A stretch of 64,000 nt of DNA. Origin: Candidatus Poribacteria bacterium. GTDB taxonomy: Bacteria; Poribacteria; WGA-4E; PCPOR2b. Positions 1-9,273 of the stretch are shown one piece after another. The notes under the pieces are model-generated. The model was not told where the DNA came from. It did not search any database and saw only the letters and a list, made by a program, of their open reading frames with translations. The stretch covers positions 2,688,001 to 2,752,000 of the forward strand of contig OZ242351.1 of NCBI GenBank assembly GCA_965208675.1. The letters run 5' to 3'. A program made the position numbers and the translations under genes. Position 1 is the first letter of the stretch. Each line of letters starts with the position of its first letter.

Positions 1-182
1 TATGGGATCGGTTTAGGAGTTGAAGCTAAAAGCAATTTTGTTACGTTCCTTGGATCGCTCAAAATGAGTGGAGCGTGGAAAAACAGTGACTAGTGGAGAG
101 TAATTAGTGGAGAGCGAGAAGTTTTCAACTCGTCACTCTCCACTTTCCACTAATCACTGTGTTCTCACCACTGCTCTTCGAT

Positions 183-1496
183 ATGAAAACAAGTTATCTA
201 GATCCTTTTATTGAGACGCTCAATCGGGAAGCTTTAGCGCAAATTCAATTAAAGAAACTGAAAACGATGCTCGCGCCGGTGTTGAAATCCAATACTTTCT
301 GGCAGCGAAAGCTAAAAGACGCCGGCGTAGAAGAGCCAGAGGATATACGAACGCTAGAGGATTATCGACAATTACCATTTACGACCAAGCAGGAACTTTC
401 CGCAGATCAGGAGGCGCATCCGCCATACGGAACAAACATCACCTTTCCACGAAGCCAGTATATCCGCATCCATCAAACATCGGGCACAACCGGTGAACCG
501 CTGCGTTGGCTGGATACCGAGGAGAGTTGGCGTTGGTGGGCTCGCTGTTGGGGCGCAGTGTATAACGCAGCCGGCGTGAAATCGGGAGATTCCATCTTTT
601 TTGCTTTTTCATTTGGTCCCTTTATTGGCTTTTGGAGCGCCCATGACGGCGCACGGTTAATGGGCGCGTTATCTATTCCCGGGGGAGGAATGACCTCTCT
701 TCAAAGGGTGCGGGCAATACTCTATAATGACATATCAGTGTTGATTTGTACGCCTACTTATGCGCTGCACCTCGCCGAAATCGCCGAAACCGAAGGAGTT
801 GATATCGCTAATTCCAGTGTCCGTATCACGATTCACGCTGGGGAACCGGGTGCGAGTCTTCCAGCGACCAAGGCACGGATCGAAAGCGCATGGGGTAGCC
901 GGTGTTACGACCATACAGGCGCCACCGAGGTCGGCGCATGGGGCTTTGAGTGCCAAGCCCAATCTGGGGTTCATCTGAACGAAGGTGAATTCATCTTCGA
1001 CGTAATCAATCCTGACACGGGAGAATCCGCGGATGAAGGCGAACTGGTCGTTACCAACTTAGGCCGTGTTGGTACGCCGGTTATCCGCTATCGGACCGGC
1101 GATTGGGTGAAGTCGCAAACAGAACATTGCGAATGCGGACGCAGCTTTAGGCAATTGAAGGCGGGAATCATCGGACGGATAGACGATGTACTTATTGTAC
1201 GCGGCGTGAATGTGTACCCCAGCGCGATTGAGAACATCGTCCGCGGCTTTCCCGAAGTGGGGGAGTTTGTTGTGGACGTTTTCCGCGGCGGAGAACTGGA
1301 CGAAATGGAGATTCGGTTGGAAATTCAAGCAACCGATACCGAAGAAATTTTAACCGCTGTCGTCCAAAGAATTCGCAACGCCCTAGGGTTGCGCGTTAAA
1401 GCTAAATCCGCACCTCGCGGAACGTTGCCCCGCTTTGAACTGAAAGCGAAACGATTCACTGATCATCGCCGCCTCAATAACAATCACAGCCAGTGA
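183..1496 (+). CDS. Phenylacetate-CoA ligase family (PaaK-like) AMP-forming ligase
   Basis: TSGTTG P-loop, YDHTGATE and RYRTGD motifs, GRIDD and GVNVYPSAIE; ATG at 183 preferred over GTG at 159. Confidence 0.85.
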   Translation: MKTSYLDPFIETLNREALAQIQLKKLKTMLAPVLKSNTFWQRKLKDAGVEEPEDIRTLEDYRQLPFTTKQELSADQEAHPPYGTNITFPRSQYIRIHQTSGTTGEPLRWLDTEESWRWWARCWGAVYNAAGVKSGDSIFFAFSFGPFIGFWSAHDGARLMGALSIPGGGMTSLQRVRAILYNDISVLICTPTYALHLAEIAETEGVDIANSSVRITIHAGEPGASLPATKARIESAWGSRCYDHTGATEVGAWGFECQAQSGVHLNEGEFIFDVINPDTGESADEGELVVTNLGRVGTPVIRYRTGDWVKSQTEHCECGRSFRQLKAGIIGRIDDVLIVRGVNVYPSAIENIVRGFPEVGEFVVDVFRGGELDEMEIRLEIQATDTEEILTAVVQRIRNALGLRVKAKSAPRGTLPRFELKAKRFTDHRRLNNNHSQ

Positions 1497-1562
1497 CCAG
1501 CCGCCAGTGGGTTAGTGGCCAGAAAAAAACTAAACACTGACCACGGGCACTGCGTCTAGTTT

Positions 1563-1731
1563 TTGTAGGTTGGGTTGAGCGGGCAATTCCAATATCGTTC
1601 CTACGGCAGTATCCGTTACGGACGCCATACATCGAACTTGGCAAAATACACGTTGCGTATCCCAACGCTTTTCTGTCGTCCAGAGGTTTCAAAAACTTTG
1701 GGTTTCGCCGTCGGCTCAAACCAACCAACAA
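1563..1731. repeat. REP-doublet (GTAG-type) palindromic element
   Basis: ttgtaggttgggttgagc...ctcaaaccaaccaacaa ends; inner part nearly identical to the 3050-3147 copy. Confidence 0.8.
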
Positions 1732-1760
1732 GAGTTCCCCGCTAATCACCGCTTCTAAAC

Positions 1761-3035
1761 ATGAAAACGTCAAACACGTCCAAGAATAATATGTACGAAG
1801 TAATCGTTATCGGCGGCGGGCCAGCGGGAAGCACGGTTGCAACCTTAGTCGCGGAAAAGGGGCACCGCGTGGTGCTTTTGGAACGCGAAGAATCCCCAAG
1901 TTTTAAGATTGGCGAGTCGTTGATGCCCGCGACCTACTGGACATTTAAGCGGCTGGGATTACTTGAAAAACTGAAAGCCAGCCATTTTCCGAAAAAGTAC
2001 AGCGTGCAGTTTTATTCAAAATCAGGAAAAGCCTCTGCCCCGTTTTATTTCTTTGACAACGATCCACACGAAGCATCTGTTACATGGCAGGTGTTGCGCA
2101 CCGAATTCGACGAGATGTTGCTCGACAACGCTCAAGAAAAAGGGGTTGAAGTTCGGCGCGGCACTCGTGTCAACGAGGTATCATTTGACGAAGCCCGAGC
2201 AGTGGGCGTCCAAGCGAGAGATGCGGAAGGAAATATCACGGATCTTGCGGCAAAGGTCATCGTAGACTCGACAGGCCAGAGCGCGCTTGTTTCTCGAAAG
2301 TTGAAAATCAATATCCCCGAACCTGAACTGAAGAAAGCTTCGCTGTTTACTCACTTTGAAGATGGGGTTCGTGACACGGGGATAGATGAAGGCGCGACAT
2401 TAATCCTGCACACCGGAAATAAGGATTCGTGGTTCTGGTACATCCCATTACCTTACAATCGTGTGAGTGTCGGTGTAGTCGGCGGACTCGACTATCTCAT
2501 CCAGGATCGACGGTTACACGGCGACGGGCTTGACCCGCAAAAAATTTTTGAAGAAGAACTTGATAAATGTGCACCTTTGAAGCCGCGAATTGAAAACGCA
2601 AAGCAACTGTTTCCCGTCCAAGTGACCAAAGACTTCTCCTATCGCGCCCGCCAAATCGCCGGTAACGGTTGGGTGCTTGTGGGAGATGCTTTCGGGTTCA
2701 TAGACCCTGTTTATTCCACGGGCCTGTTCTTGGCATTGAAATCCGGCGAGATGGCATCGGACACGATAAATGATGCTTTTGAGAAAGACGATTTTTCCGG
2801 TGAGCAGTTAGGTAAATTCGGACCTGAGTTTGTCAAGGGACTGGAAGCCTTTCGCAAGCTAGTGTATGCTTTCTATACGAAAGACTTCAGTTTCGCTCAT
2901 TTCTTGAAACGCTTCCCGGAATGTCAGCAGGGGATAATTGACATACTCAGCGGCAATGTGTTTATCAGAGATGTTAGCGGAATCTTTGAACCGATGGGAC
3001 AGATGTGTAAGCTTCCGGAAGAAACTACCTTGTAA
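1761..3035 (+). CDS. Flavin-dependent halogenase-like oxidoreductase
   Basis: GGGPAG FAD motif, IGESL, FPKKY, WFWYIP (WxWxIP) and GDAFGFIDPVYSTG. Confidence 0.8.
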   Translation: MKTSNTSKNNMYEVIVIGGGPAGSTVATLVAEKGHRVVLLEREESPSFKIGESLMPATYWTFKRLGLLEKLKASHFPKKYSVQFYSKSGKASAPFYFFDNDPHEASVTWQVLRTEFDEMLLDNAQEKGVEVRRGTRVNEVSFDEARAVGVQARDAEGNITDLAAKVIVDSTGQSALVSRKLKINIPEPELKKASLFTHFEDGVRDTGIDEGATLILHTGNKDSWFWYIPLPYNRVSVGVVGGLDYLIQDRRLHGDGLDPQKIFEEELDKCAPLKPRIENAKQLFPVQVTKDFSYRARQIAGNGWVLVGDAFGFIDPVYSTGLFLALKSGEMASDTINDAFEKDDFSGEQLGKFGPEFVKGLEAFRKLVYAFYTKDFSFAHFLKRFPECQQGIIDILSGNVFIRDVSGIFEPMGQMCKLPEETTL

Positions 3036-3049
3036 GCGGTGACCAGTTC

Positions 3050-3147
3050 TTGTAGGTTGGGTTGAACGTAGTGAAACCCAACGCTTTTCTGTCGTCCGGA
3101 GGTTTCAAAAGCGTTGGGTTTCGCCGTTGGCTCAACCCAACCTACAA
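3050..3147. repeat. REP doublet (REPIN-like) with perfect 16-bp terminal inverted repeat
   Basis: ttgtaggttgggttga...tcaacccaacctacaa, made of two inverted GTAG-REP units. Confidence 0.9.
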
Positions 3148-3194
3148 TGGCTAATCACTGACCACTGGCAACTGGTCACTTAATAGCGGAGGTC

Positions 3195-4235
3195 ATGATG
3201 CGAATTAACGCAAAATCAGATGTGTACGTGGGTCGAGTAATGGTTAAGAATGCAGTGCAAGTGGCTAGCGGTCAGTGGTCAGCAAAAAGCTGTGCGCTGG
3301 TCATCGCTATTTTCCTTTTCGCCGCGTCCGGATGGGCGGAGGAAATTCATGACGAAGCCGGCACTACAGGCGCGGCTTTTTTGAAGATTGAGGGCGGTAG
3401 CCGGCCTGTTGGTATGGGAGGCGCATTTGCGGGGCTTGCCAACGATGTCAACACGATATTCTGGAATCCTGCCGGTTTAACGTCTGTTCACACGCGAGAA
3501 CTGACCGCCATGCAGAATTTCTTGATTGCTGATATCAGCAGCCAATTCATTGGTTATGCCCAGCGTGTCGGAAATGGGATTTGGGGGGCAAGTTTGCTCG
3601 GCGCATTTACCGAAATCGAACGCCGCACTCGTCCAACCGACGAACCTGACAGTACCGTTGTAGTGGGCGGATTCGCAGCGGGCGCATCGTACGCGTATGC
3701 CGTATTACCGGAACTTTCGATCGGTGGAACCGCACGGGGTATTTCCCAACAGCTTGATATTGAAGACTCATATGGCGCAGCCATCGATTTGGGAAGTGTT
3801 TTGCGCATTCTCAACAATCGGTTGGGGATTGGGGTTTCCCTGCAGAATCTCGGATTTCTCAATACGGACGAAAGTCTGCCGACGAACGTTCGCGGCGGTA
3901 TCGCTTACCAAATTCGGAAGGAGGTTTCGCTTGCAAACCCGAAACCGGCACGGGATTTTTTTGCAATCGTCGCCGATGTAGACATTCCAATATCAAGCGG
4001 TTTCGCGACCTTCCATATCGGCGCCGAAAATTGGTTCTATGACGTTCTCGCCCTGCGGGTGGGTTACAGTATGAGTCGGGGGGAGAATCCGAAAAACGGT
4101 CTAACAGGAGGAATCGGCGTTCGCCGCAAGGGAAAAGCCTCCCTCGAAAACCTTCACTTCCAATTTGACTACGCTTTCGTCCCAAACGAAGATGTAGGCG
4201 ATGCACACCGAATCTCCGTGCTCCTGCGGTTCTGA
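3195..4235 (+). CDS. PorV/PorQ-family outer-membrane beta-barrel
   Basis: FLKIxxGSRPVGMGGAF, FWNPAGL, FDYAF...HRIS and a C-terminal Phe; true start may be downstream. Confidence 0.8.
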   Translation: MMRINAKSDVYVGRVMVKNAVQVASGQWSAKSCALVIAIFLFAASGWAEEIHDEAGTTGAAFLKIEGGSRPVGMGGAFAGLANDVNTIFWNPAGLTSVHTRELTAMQNFLIADISSQFIGYAQRVGNGIWGASLLGAFTEIERRTRPTDEPDSTVVVGGFAAGASYAYAVLPELSIGGTARGISQQLDIEDSYGAAIDLGSVLRILNNRLGIGVSLQNLGFLNTDESLPTNVRGGIAYQIRKEVSLANPKPARDFFAIVADVDIPISSGFATFHIGAENWFYDVLALRVGYSMSRGENPKNGLTGGIGVRRKGKASLENLHFQFDYAFVPNEDVGDAHRISVLLRF

Positions 4236-4294
4236 ACGGCAAGGATTATAAACAAAGTGAATCTCTTGCCGATTACGTTTTACGGGGAAATCGT

Positions 4295-5356
4295 ATGAAC
4301 ATCCTTTGCACAGGCATCAGTTGCTCCGGGCGAAAAGAATTGATGGCAGACTTCGAATCGCTCTGCCGCAAGAAAGGTGTGCACATCGGTTTTTTCAACG
4401 TCGGAGATTATATGGAACACACCGCCGCGGAATCTGGCGTCAAGTTTACCGAAAAAGTGCTCGATTCCGATCACGCGGTGCTTTCATTAGCACGCCGATC
4501 CGCGTTCTATGAAATTGCCAATCTCGCGCACAATGCTGATCATGCGTTTGTCGGCCTGCACGCCTGTTTCCGTTGGCGCGGCGTGCTCGTGGAAGGAATA
4601 TCACTGCGAGAAATCGACAATTTTCCAGCGGATATCTTCATCAACGTGGTGGACAACCTTGCTGACATCGAAACGCGTATGCAAGACAACCCGCAATGGA
4701 CCGGGATGCAACGCGGGGAAATAAACGTCTGGCTTGATGAAGAGGAATTTTTGACCAAACAACTTGCAAGTTTCAAGGAAAAGCCCCACTACACGGTTTC
4801 CCGGCAACACAACTTGGAAAATTTCTATGACCTGGTCTTTTCAGCCAAGCAGAAATTCTATTTGAGTTATCCAATCACGCTAATCCGAGAATCTGCAGAT
4901 CAAATCGAGAAAATCCGTTCGTTTGGGGAGAAAATGAATGAGGATTACATCGTGTTTGATCCGCTCTCTATCAAAGACATGGAACTAGTCCACCAAGACG
5001 AGCCTTTACCTTCGGACGCACAAGACGCAGCAGGTGACATGGAAATCACGACCATCAGCCGCCTCGACCAAAATTCAAGCGAGCAAATCAAGACCCGTAC
5101 CATTTCGAGAGATTATCAATTCATCCGTCAAAGCGATTTTGTTGTTGTCATATACCCGACCGATAAGCTTTCGCCCGGCGTGTTGAGCGAGATGAATTTT
5201 GCATCGCGGTACAACAAACCTGTTTACGCTGTGCATGCTCATGAGCGCAGCCTTTTCTTTGAAAACCTCTGTGAGGAAATCTTCGACACGGTTGAGGAAC
5301 TCGAGGTGTTTTTGAGAAATCGGCGTGTTGGTGCATCTAGTTCATCAGAGCCGTAG
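4295..5356 (+). CDS. Degenerate P-loop (adenylate kinase-like) domain fused to a nucleoside 2-deoxyribosyltransferase-like domain
   Basis: N-terminal TGISCSGRK; C-terminal YLSYP...DY..I..SD.VV...SPGVLSE...KPVY pattern. Confidence 0.55.
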   Translation: MNILCTGISCSGRKELMADFESLCRKKGVHIGFFNVGDYMEHTAAESGVKFTEKVLDSDHAVLSLARRSAFYEIANLAHNADHAFVGLHACFRWRGVLVEGISLREIDNFPADIFINVVDNLADIETRMQDNPQWTGMQRGEINVWLDEEEFLTKQLASFKEKPHYTVSRQHNLENFYDLVFSAKQKFYLSYPITLIRESADQIEKIRSFGEKMNEDYIVFDPLSIKDMELVHQDEPLPSDAQDAAGDMEITTISRLDQNSSEQIKTRTISRDYQFIRQSDFVVVIYPTDKLSPGVLSEMNFASRYNKPVYAVHAHERSLFFENLCEEIFDTVEELEVFLRNRRVGASSSSEP

Positions 5357-5398
5357 TTGATAAATTCTAGCATAATGAACCAAATCCAAGAAAACGCG

Positions 5399-5790
5399 AT
5401 GTCCCGAAGGCAAATACAGACGATGAAATCGACTGAGCTTCCGGACAACCGAATCGGCGGAGACTACCCGATTGTAGCGGACGAACTCTATGATTTAGGA
5501 CTGAAATGGGTAAGAACAGCGTTTGGGGGGATACGGCACTCAATTGGCACCGAGTGAGGAGGGCGCCGGGAACATATGTCGTTGCGCCCGAAGCGGAGCA
5601 ATATATTACCGAGTTAGCAAACGGGGGCATTAAGCTTATTCTGAATCTAGGGGTTGGACTAGGGACCGATCGCCCTAAAGACACATGGCTGAGAACCGCA
5701 GCGGAAATGGATGACTATCGCGAATACGCCCGATTTATGGTGCGGCATTTTAAGGACCGCGTCCAATAGTACGAAATACGGACATTAAAC
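5399..5790 (+). pseudogene. Fragment of a TIM-barrel glycoside hydrolase (GH-A clan-like)
   Basis: LGLKWVR, frameshift at the G-run near 5525-5530, then W..V....GTY...RHFKDRVQ, TAG (5767-5769), YEI and loss of similarity. Confidence 0.6.
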
Positions 5791-5961
5791 CATCCGTCAA
5801 TTCTGCTGAGGCGGCGCTTGCAATGACGCCTATAATCATCGTGCAGAAGACATGCCGGCATCGTATCATGCGAAACCTCCCTGGACCTAGACTTCAGCGC
5901 TGGGGAAAATTGAATGGAAGCCCGATTCAGCTATAATCGGGCTTCCGTTCAAGTTCATCAT

Positions 5962-6813
5962 CTAGTACGTTTTCAGATTCGCCCAGATAGCAGCCAATTT
6001 CGCTTTCGGATCGACCCCAGTCCCAATCGACGCCGACATGAGCTGTTTAATCTCTTCCGGCGACAAGGCACGAGAGTAAATGACCGCCTCGTCAACCATG
6101 CCGTCAATGAATGCCCTTCTTTCAAGCGGTCCAGGATCGTTAAAGGCGTTACCGCCAAGCCCCTGACTCATTCCGATTCGAATCGGCTGGTCTGGAAAGA
6201 CGTTGTACGGGCCGGCGAGCGGCAGCGGGGCGTTCCCGCCAGTGAAACTACTCTGTAACTCGATTCGCTGCTCACCGTCGAAATAGGCGTTGAGTTCTTT
6301 TCCGTCCGCAGTGGTCGCTACATGGTGCCACTGACCGTCGTCAACAGCACCTTCATTTGTATTGAACCAGCCTTCAACGGAATCGGTACAACTGCCGAAA
6401 TGGATGATAGCGGTGCCAGAGTGCCGAAAACTGAGTTGAAACAGAAACCCGGGAGACCAGCCAACTTGCAACCCTTTCCAGAAGAAGGATGGAAACTCCT
6501 GCGTGTTGCCGCGCACAAAGAACCAACAAGCAGCAGTTAACCCGTCAGCCATGGCATTCATCGAATCGCTATGCGGAATCTCGACGAATGCATCTGTCCC
6601 GTTCAAATTAACGGCTTTGCCATACCCGGCGTGATTGGCATCCACAATTTCTGCGCCGCCCATGAGCGTACCGTCATTGTTGCCAAAACTATCGTTTGCC
6701 GTGCCATCGTCAAATGTCCAGGCGGAGATAAGCCCATCAGAAAGCGCAGCCGACGCGGCGCTTGCGATAATACACAAGCAAATGGATACGATAACGTTCT
6801 GCAAGCGAAACAT
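5962..6813 (-). CDS. Secreted LamG/concanavalin-like domain protein
   Basis: Signal peptide, WTFDDG, WHHVATT, DEAVIYSRALS, C-terminal VDPKAKLAAIWANLK. Confidence 0.85.
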   Translation of the reverse strand: MFRLQNVIVSICLCIIASAASAALSDGLISAWTFDDGTANDSFGNNDGTLMGGAEIVDANHAGYGKAVNLNGTDAFVEIPHSDSMNAMADGLTAACWFFVRGNTQEFPSFFWKGLQVGWSPGFLFQLSFRHSGTAIIHFGSCTDSVEGWFNTNEGAVDDGQWHHVATTADGKELNAYFDGEQRIELQSSFTGGNAPLPLAGPYNVFPDQPIRIGMSQGLGGNAFNDPGPLERRAFIDGMVDEAVIYSRALSPEEIKQLMSASIGTGVDPKAKLAAIWANLKTY

Positions 6814-6974
6814 GCCTCAATCCTCCTTCACGGATGAATATTTATCCGTGCGTTGAACACAACTTCGGTTAGTTTGTTGAAACTACATCTTCCCGATCTG
6901 CCGTAGAACTGAAGCGGTTCAATCAATCCCTGAAACCACATCTGTTGCTAACCAGAGATCGGTTTACATAGTGT

Positions 6975-7003
6975 ATATTATCAGTCTCTTCTTATCTTGT
7001 CAA
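6975..7003 (-). promoter_or_regulatory. Sigma70-like promoter for the LamG gene
   Basis: TTGACA-17nt-TAATAT on the minus strand. Confidence 0.5.
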
Positions 7004-7062
7004 CACACATATATATATCTTTGGCTTGCCTCTAGACTCTAAAAGATGCATCGATACGTGAA

Positions 7063-8649
7063 CTAATTGAGGGGCAATTCATAACATGCTGCTTCGCGGT
7101 CATTTCGCACAAGCAGATAGTTACCGGCGAGTGCGGGGCTATTCCACGTTTTGCCGTTTAATGCGGAAAAGCGCGTGAGTTCATGGTGTGTGTTTGGATT
7201 CGCTTCTACTAGGACAACATCGCCAGATTCGGTTTGTACGAGAAGCAGGCCGCCGACCAATATCACTTGACCATGCCCGTACCGCCCGCGTTTCCACTTG
7301 CGCTGGCCGTTGGCAACATCCAAACACACCAGCACACCGTCGTCAAGCCCATAAATGTATCCATCTCGGAAAACCACGTTCGTAAACTTGGCTTTGAGCC
7401 GCGGCGTCTCCCAAACGAGAGATGCCCGTAAGCTGCGTAAATCCTCACCTTCATCGGGATTACCCCTCTCATCCTGATGGATTTGAAAGAGTTTGCAACC
7501 GATACCGTAACCACTCGAAACAAACACGCGGTTACCGGGAAGCGGAACAGGTTGAGCAACACATTCGGTACTCTTCGGCCAGGGGTGCCGCCATAGGATT
7601 TTCCCGTCTACCGGTTGATGCGCCGAAACGCTGCCATAATTAAAAATGAGAATTTGGCGTACATTAGCAAGTGTTGTAAGAAGTGGTGAACTATATCCCG
7701 CGGCGTCATCGCCGGCACTCCAAACGTCTTCCCCGGTATGCCTGTTGAACGCAACCAATGACCTGCCGTTCACCCTGCCGGCGCTGACCACAACGAGGTT
7801 GTCAAAAACTAGCGGTGAACCGCTCATTCCCCAATTAGCTACTTCCTTATCGGTGACGATATCCTTAGACCAAATCTGCCTTCCCGATGCGAGATCTAGA
7901 CAATTTAGGATTCCGGTGCCTCCCAAGGAATAGACACGGTCTTTCACGATTGTGGGCGTTGCGCGGGGACCAACGCCTGCAGGCACAGTTTCGTACTTGG
8001 TTCTATCTTCATGGCGCCACTTAACCTTGCCGGTCTTCAGTTCATAACAGACAACCGTTTCCTGTTCACCGTGCTGTTCTTGCGTAACTGCAGATTCTCC
8101 AAATACAGCGAAACCCGACCAACCGGCGCCGATGGGTTGGCGCCATATCAACCGGGGCGGACGCTTCGACCAATCCCGAGCTAATCGAATATCGCCCAGA
8201 ATCGCATTGCGATTCGGTCCAAGAAACTGCGGATAGTCCTCAACCGATGACGATTCAACCGTACTCCCTATTTCATTTAAATCGACCGAGGGAGTTGGAG
8301 AAACGGTCTCGGACGGACTCTTTTTCCACCGCCACTCCCATGAGGGCACCAAGTCCCCGCTAAACCCCTTAAATCGGAATAGCTTTGTTGCGCCAAACAG
8401 CACCAGGACAATCACTGCAAAAGAGATTAGCCGAATCTTCCACCGGAGCCGCGAGAAAAATAGCAGCCAAATCAACATCAGGGTGAACGAAACAAACACC
8501 GCAAGTGCTGTTTGCATGACCCGTTCTTGCCGGTGCGATGCCTCTGAGGCCCAAATGAATATGATGGCGAGCGCGGTGAGCGCCGCGACGACAGCAAGAA
8601 GCCACCAACGCGCGCGCTTGCGCGACTCGCTACGTGAACGTGAAAACAT
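7063..8649 (-). CDS. Membrane-anchored PQQ-type beta-propeller repeat protein
   Basis: Three N-terminal hydrophobic segments, YPQFLGPNRN, GPRATP, GYSSP, TWNSPAL; ATG at 8649 chosen. Confidence 0.85.
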   Translation of the reverse strand: MFSRSRSESRKRARWWLLAVVAALTALAIIFIWASEASHRQERVMQTALAVFVSFTLMLIWLLFFSRLRWKIRLISFAVIVLVLFGATKLFRFKGFSGDLVPSWEWRWKKSPSETVSPTPSVDLNEIGSTVESSSVEDYPQFLGPNRNAILGDIRLARDWSKRPPRLIWRQPIGAGWSGFAVFGESAVTQEQHGEQETVVCYELKTGKVKWRHEDRTKYETVPAGVGPRATPTIVKDRVYSLGGTGILNCLDLASGRQIWSKDIVTDKEVANWGMSGSPLVFDNLVVVSAGRVNGRSLVAFNRHTGEDVWSAGDDAAGYSSPLLTTLANVRQILIFNYGSVSAHQPVDGKILWRHPWPKSTECVAQPVPLPGNRVFVSSGYGIGCKLFQIHQDERGNPDEGEDLRSLRASLVWETPRLKAKFTNVVFRDGYIYGLDDGVLVCLDVANGQRKWKRGRYGHGQVILVGGLLLVQTESGDVVLVEANPNTHHELTRFSALNGKTWNSPALAGNYLLVRNDREAACYELPLN

Positions 8650-9273
8650 AAGACACACCTCTACGTCTAATTCAGGCAGGCTAAATAAAGATTTACACCT
8701 ATACTTACACACATTCAGACACACCCTGATATGGGTTCAACAGAGCGATTAGCGAATGCGATAGAGTTCCCAAAGCGATAGTTTTAAAGTCTTCACTAAC
8801 CCCCGATTATTCATTTGCTTTTTGATGGCGCTTTGCTGATGATTCACTTGCCGGAAGCGTTATTATTGCGAACCCATCCCGGCGTGTTCCTAGTTTTGAT
8901 GGCTTGTTGGTTGGAACACATGGTCGGTGACTACTTCAATCTCGGCTACTACGGTTACTGCCGCCGGCTTCTGATTTCGCCGTTTCATTTCGCCTACCTT
9001 AAGATATTATTCGTGAGTATAACAAACATTCACACGCACGACAAACTTTTTGTTATTAACATTTCTCCCGGCGTGTTATAATTGGCAGCGTCGCAAATGG
9101 GCAAAAGAATCTCACGGCTGCTAACCCCGGCAGTCACTCGTTTCCTGTGGCAAATAGTTCTATAACAACTATGAAGAACGGGAGTAACACCGGTCAGAGC
9201 GGAAGATTGGACAATCGGAGACGCCGCTGTTCCAACTTTTCGAATCTTCCATCCAACAACTAACTCAAAAAAA

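Noticed and set aside
5767-5769. In-frame TAG as possible pyrrolysine or readthrough
   Set aside because: The same gene has a frameshift and is truncated, so pseudogene decay is the simpler explanation
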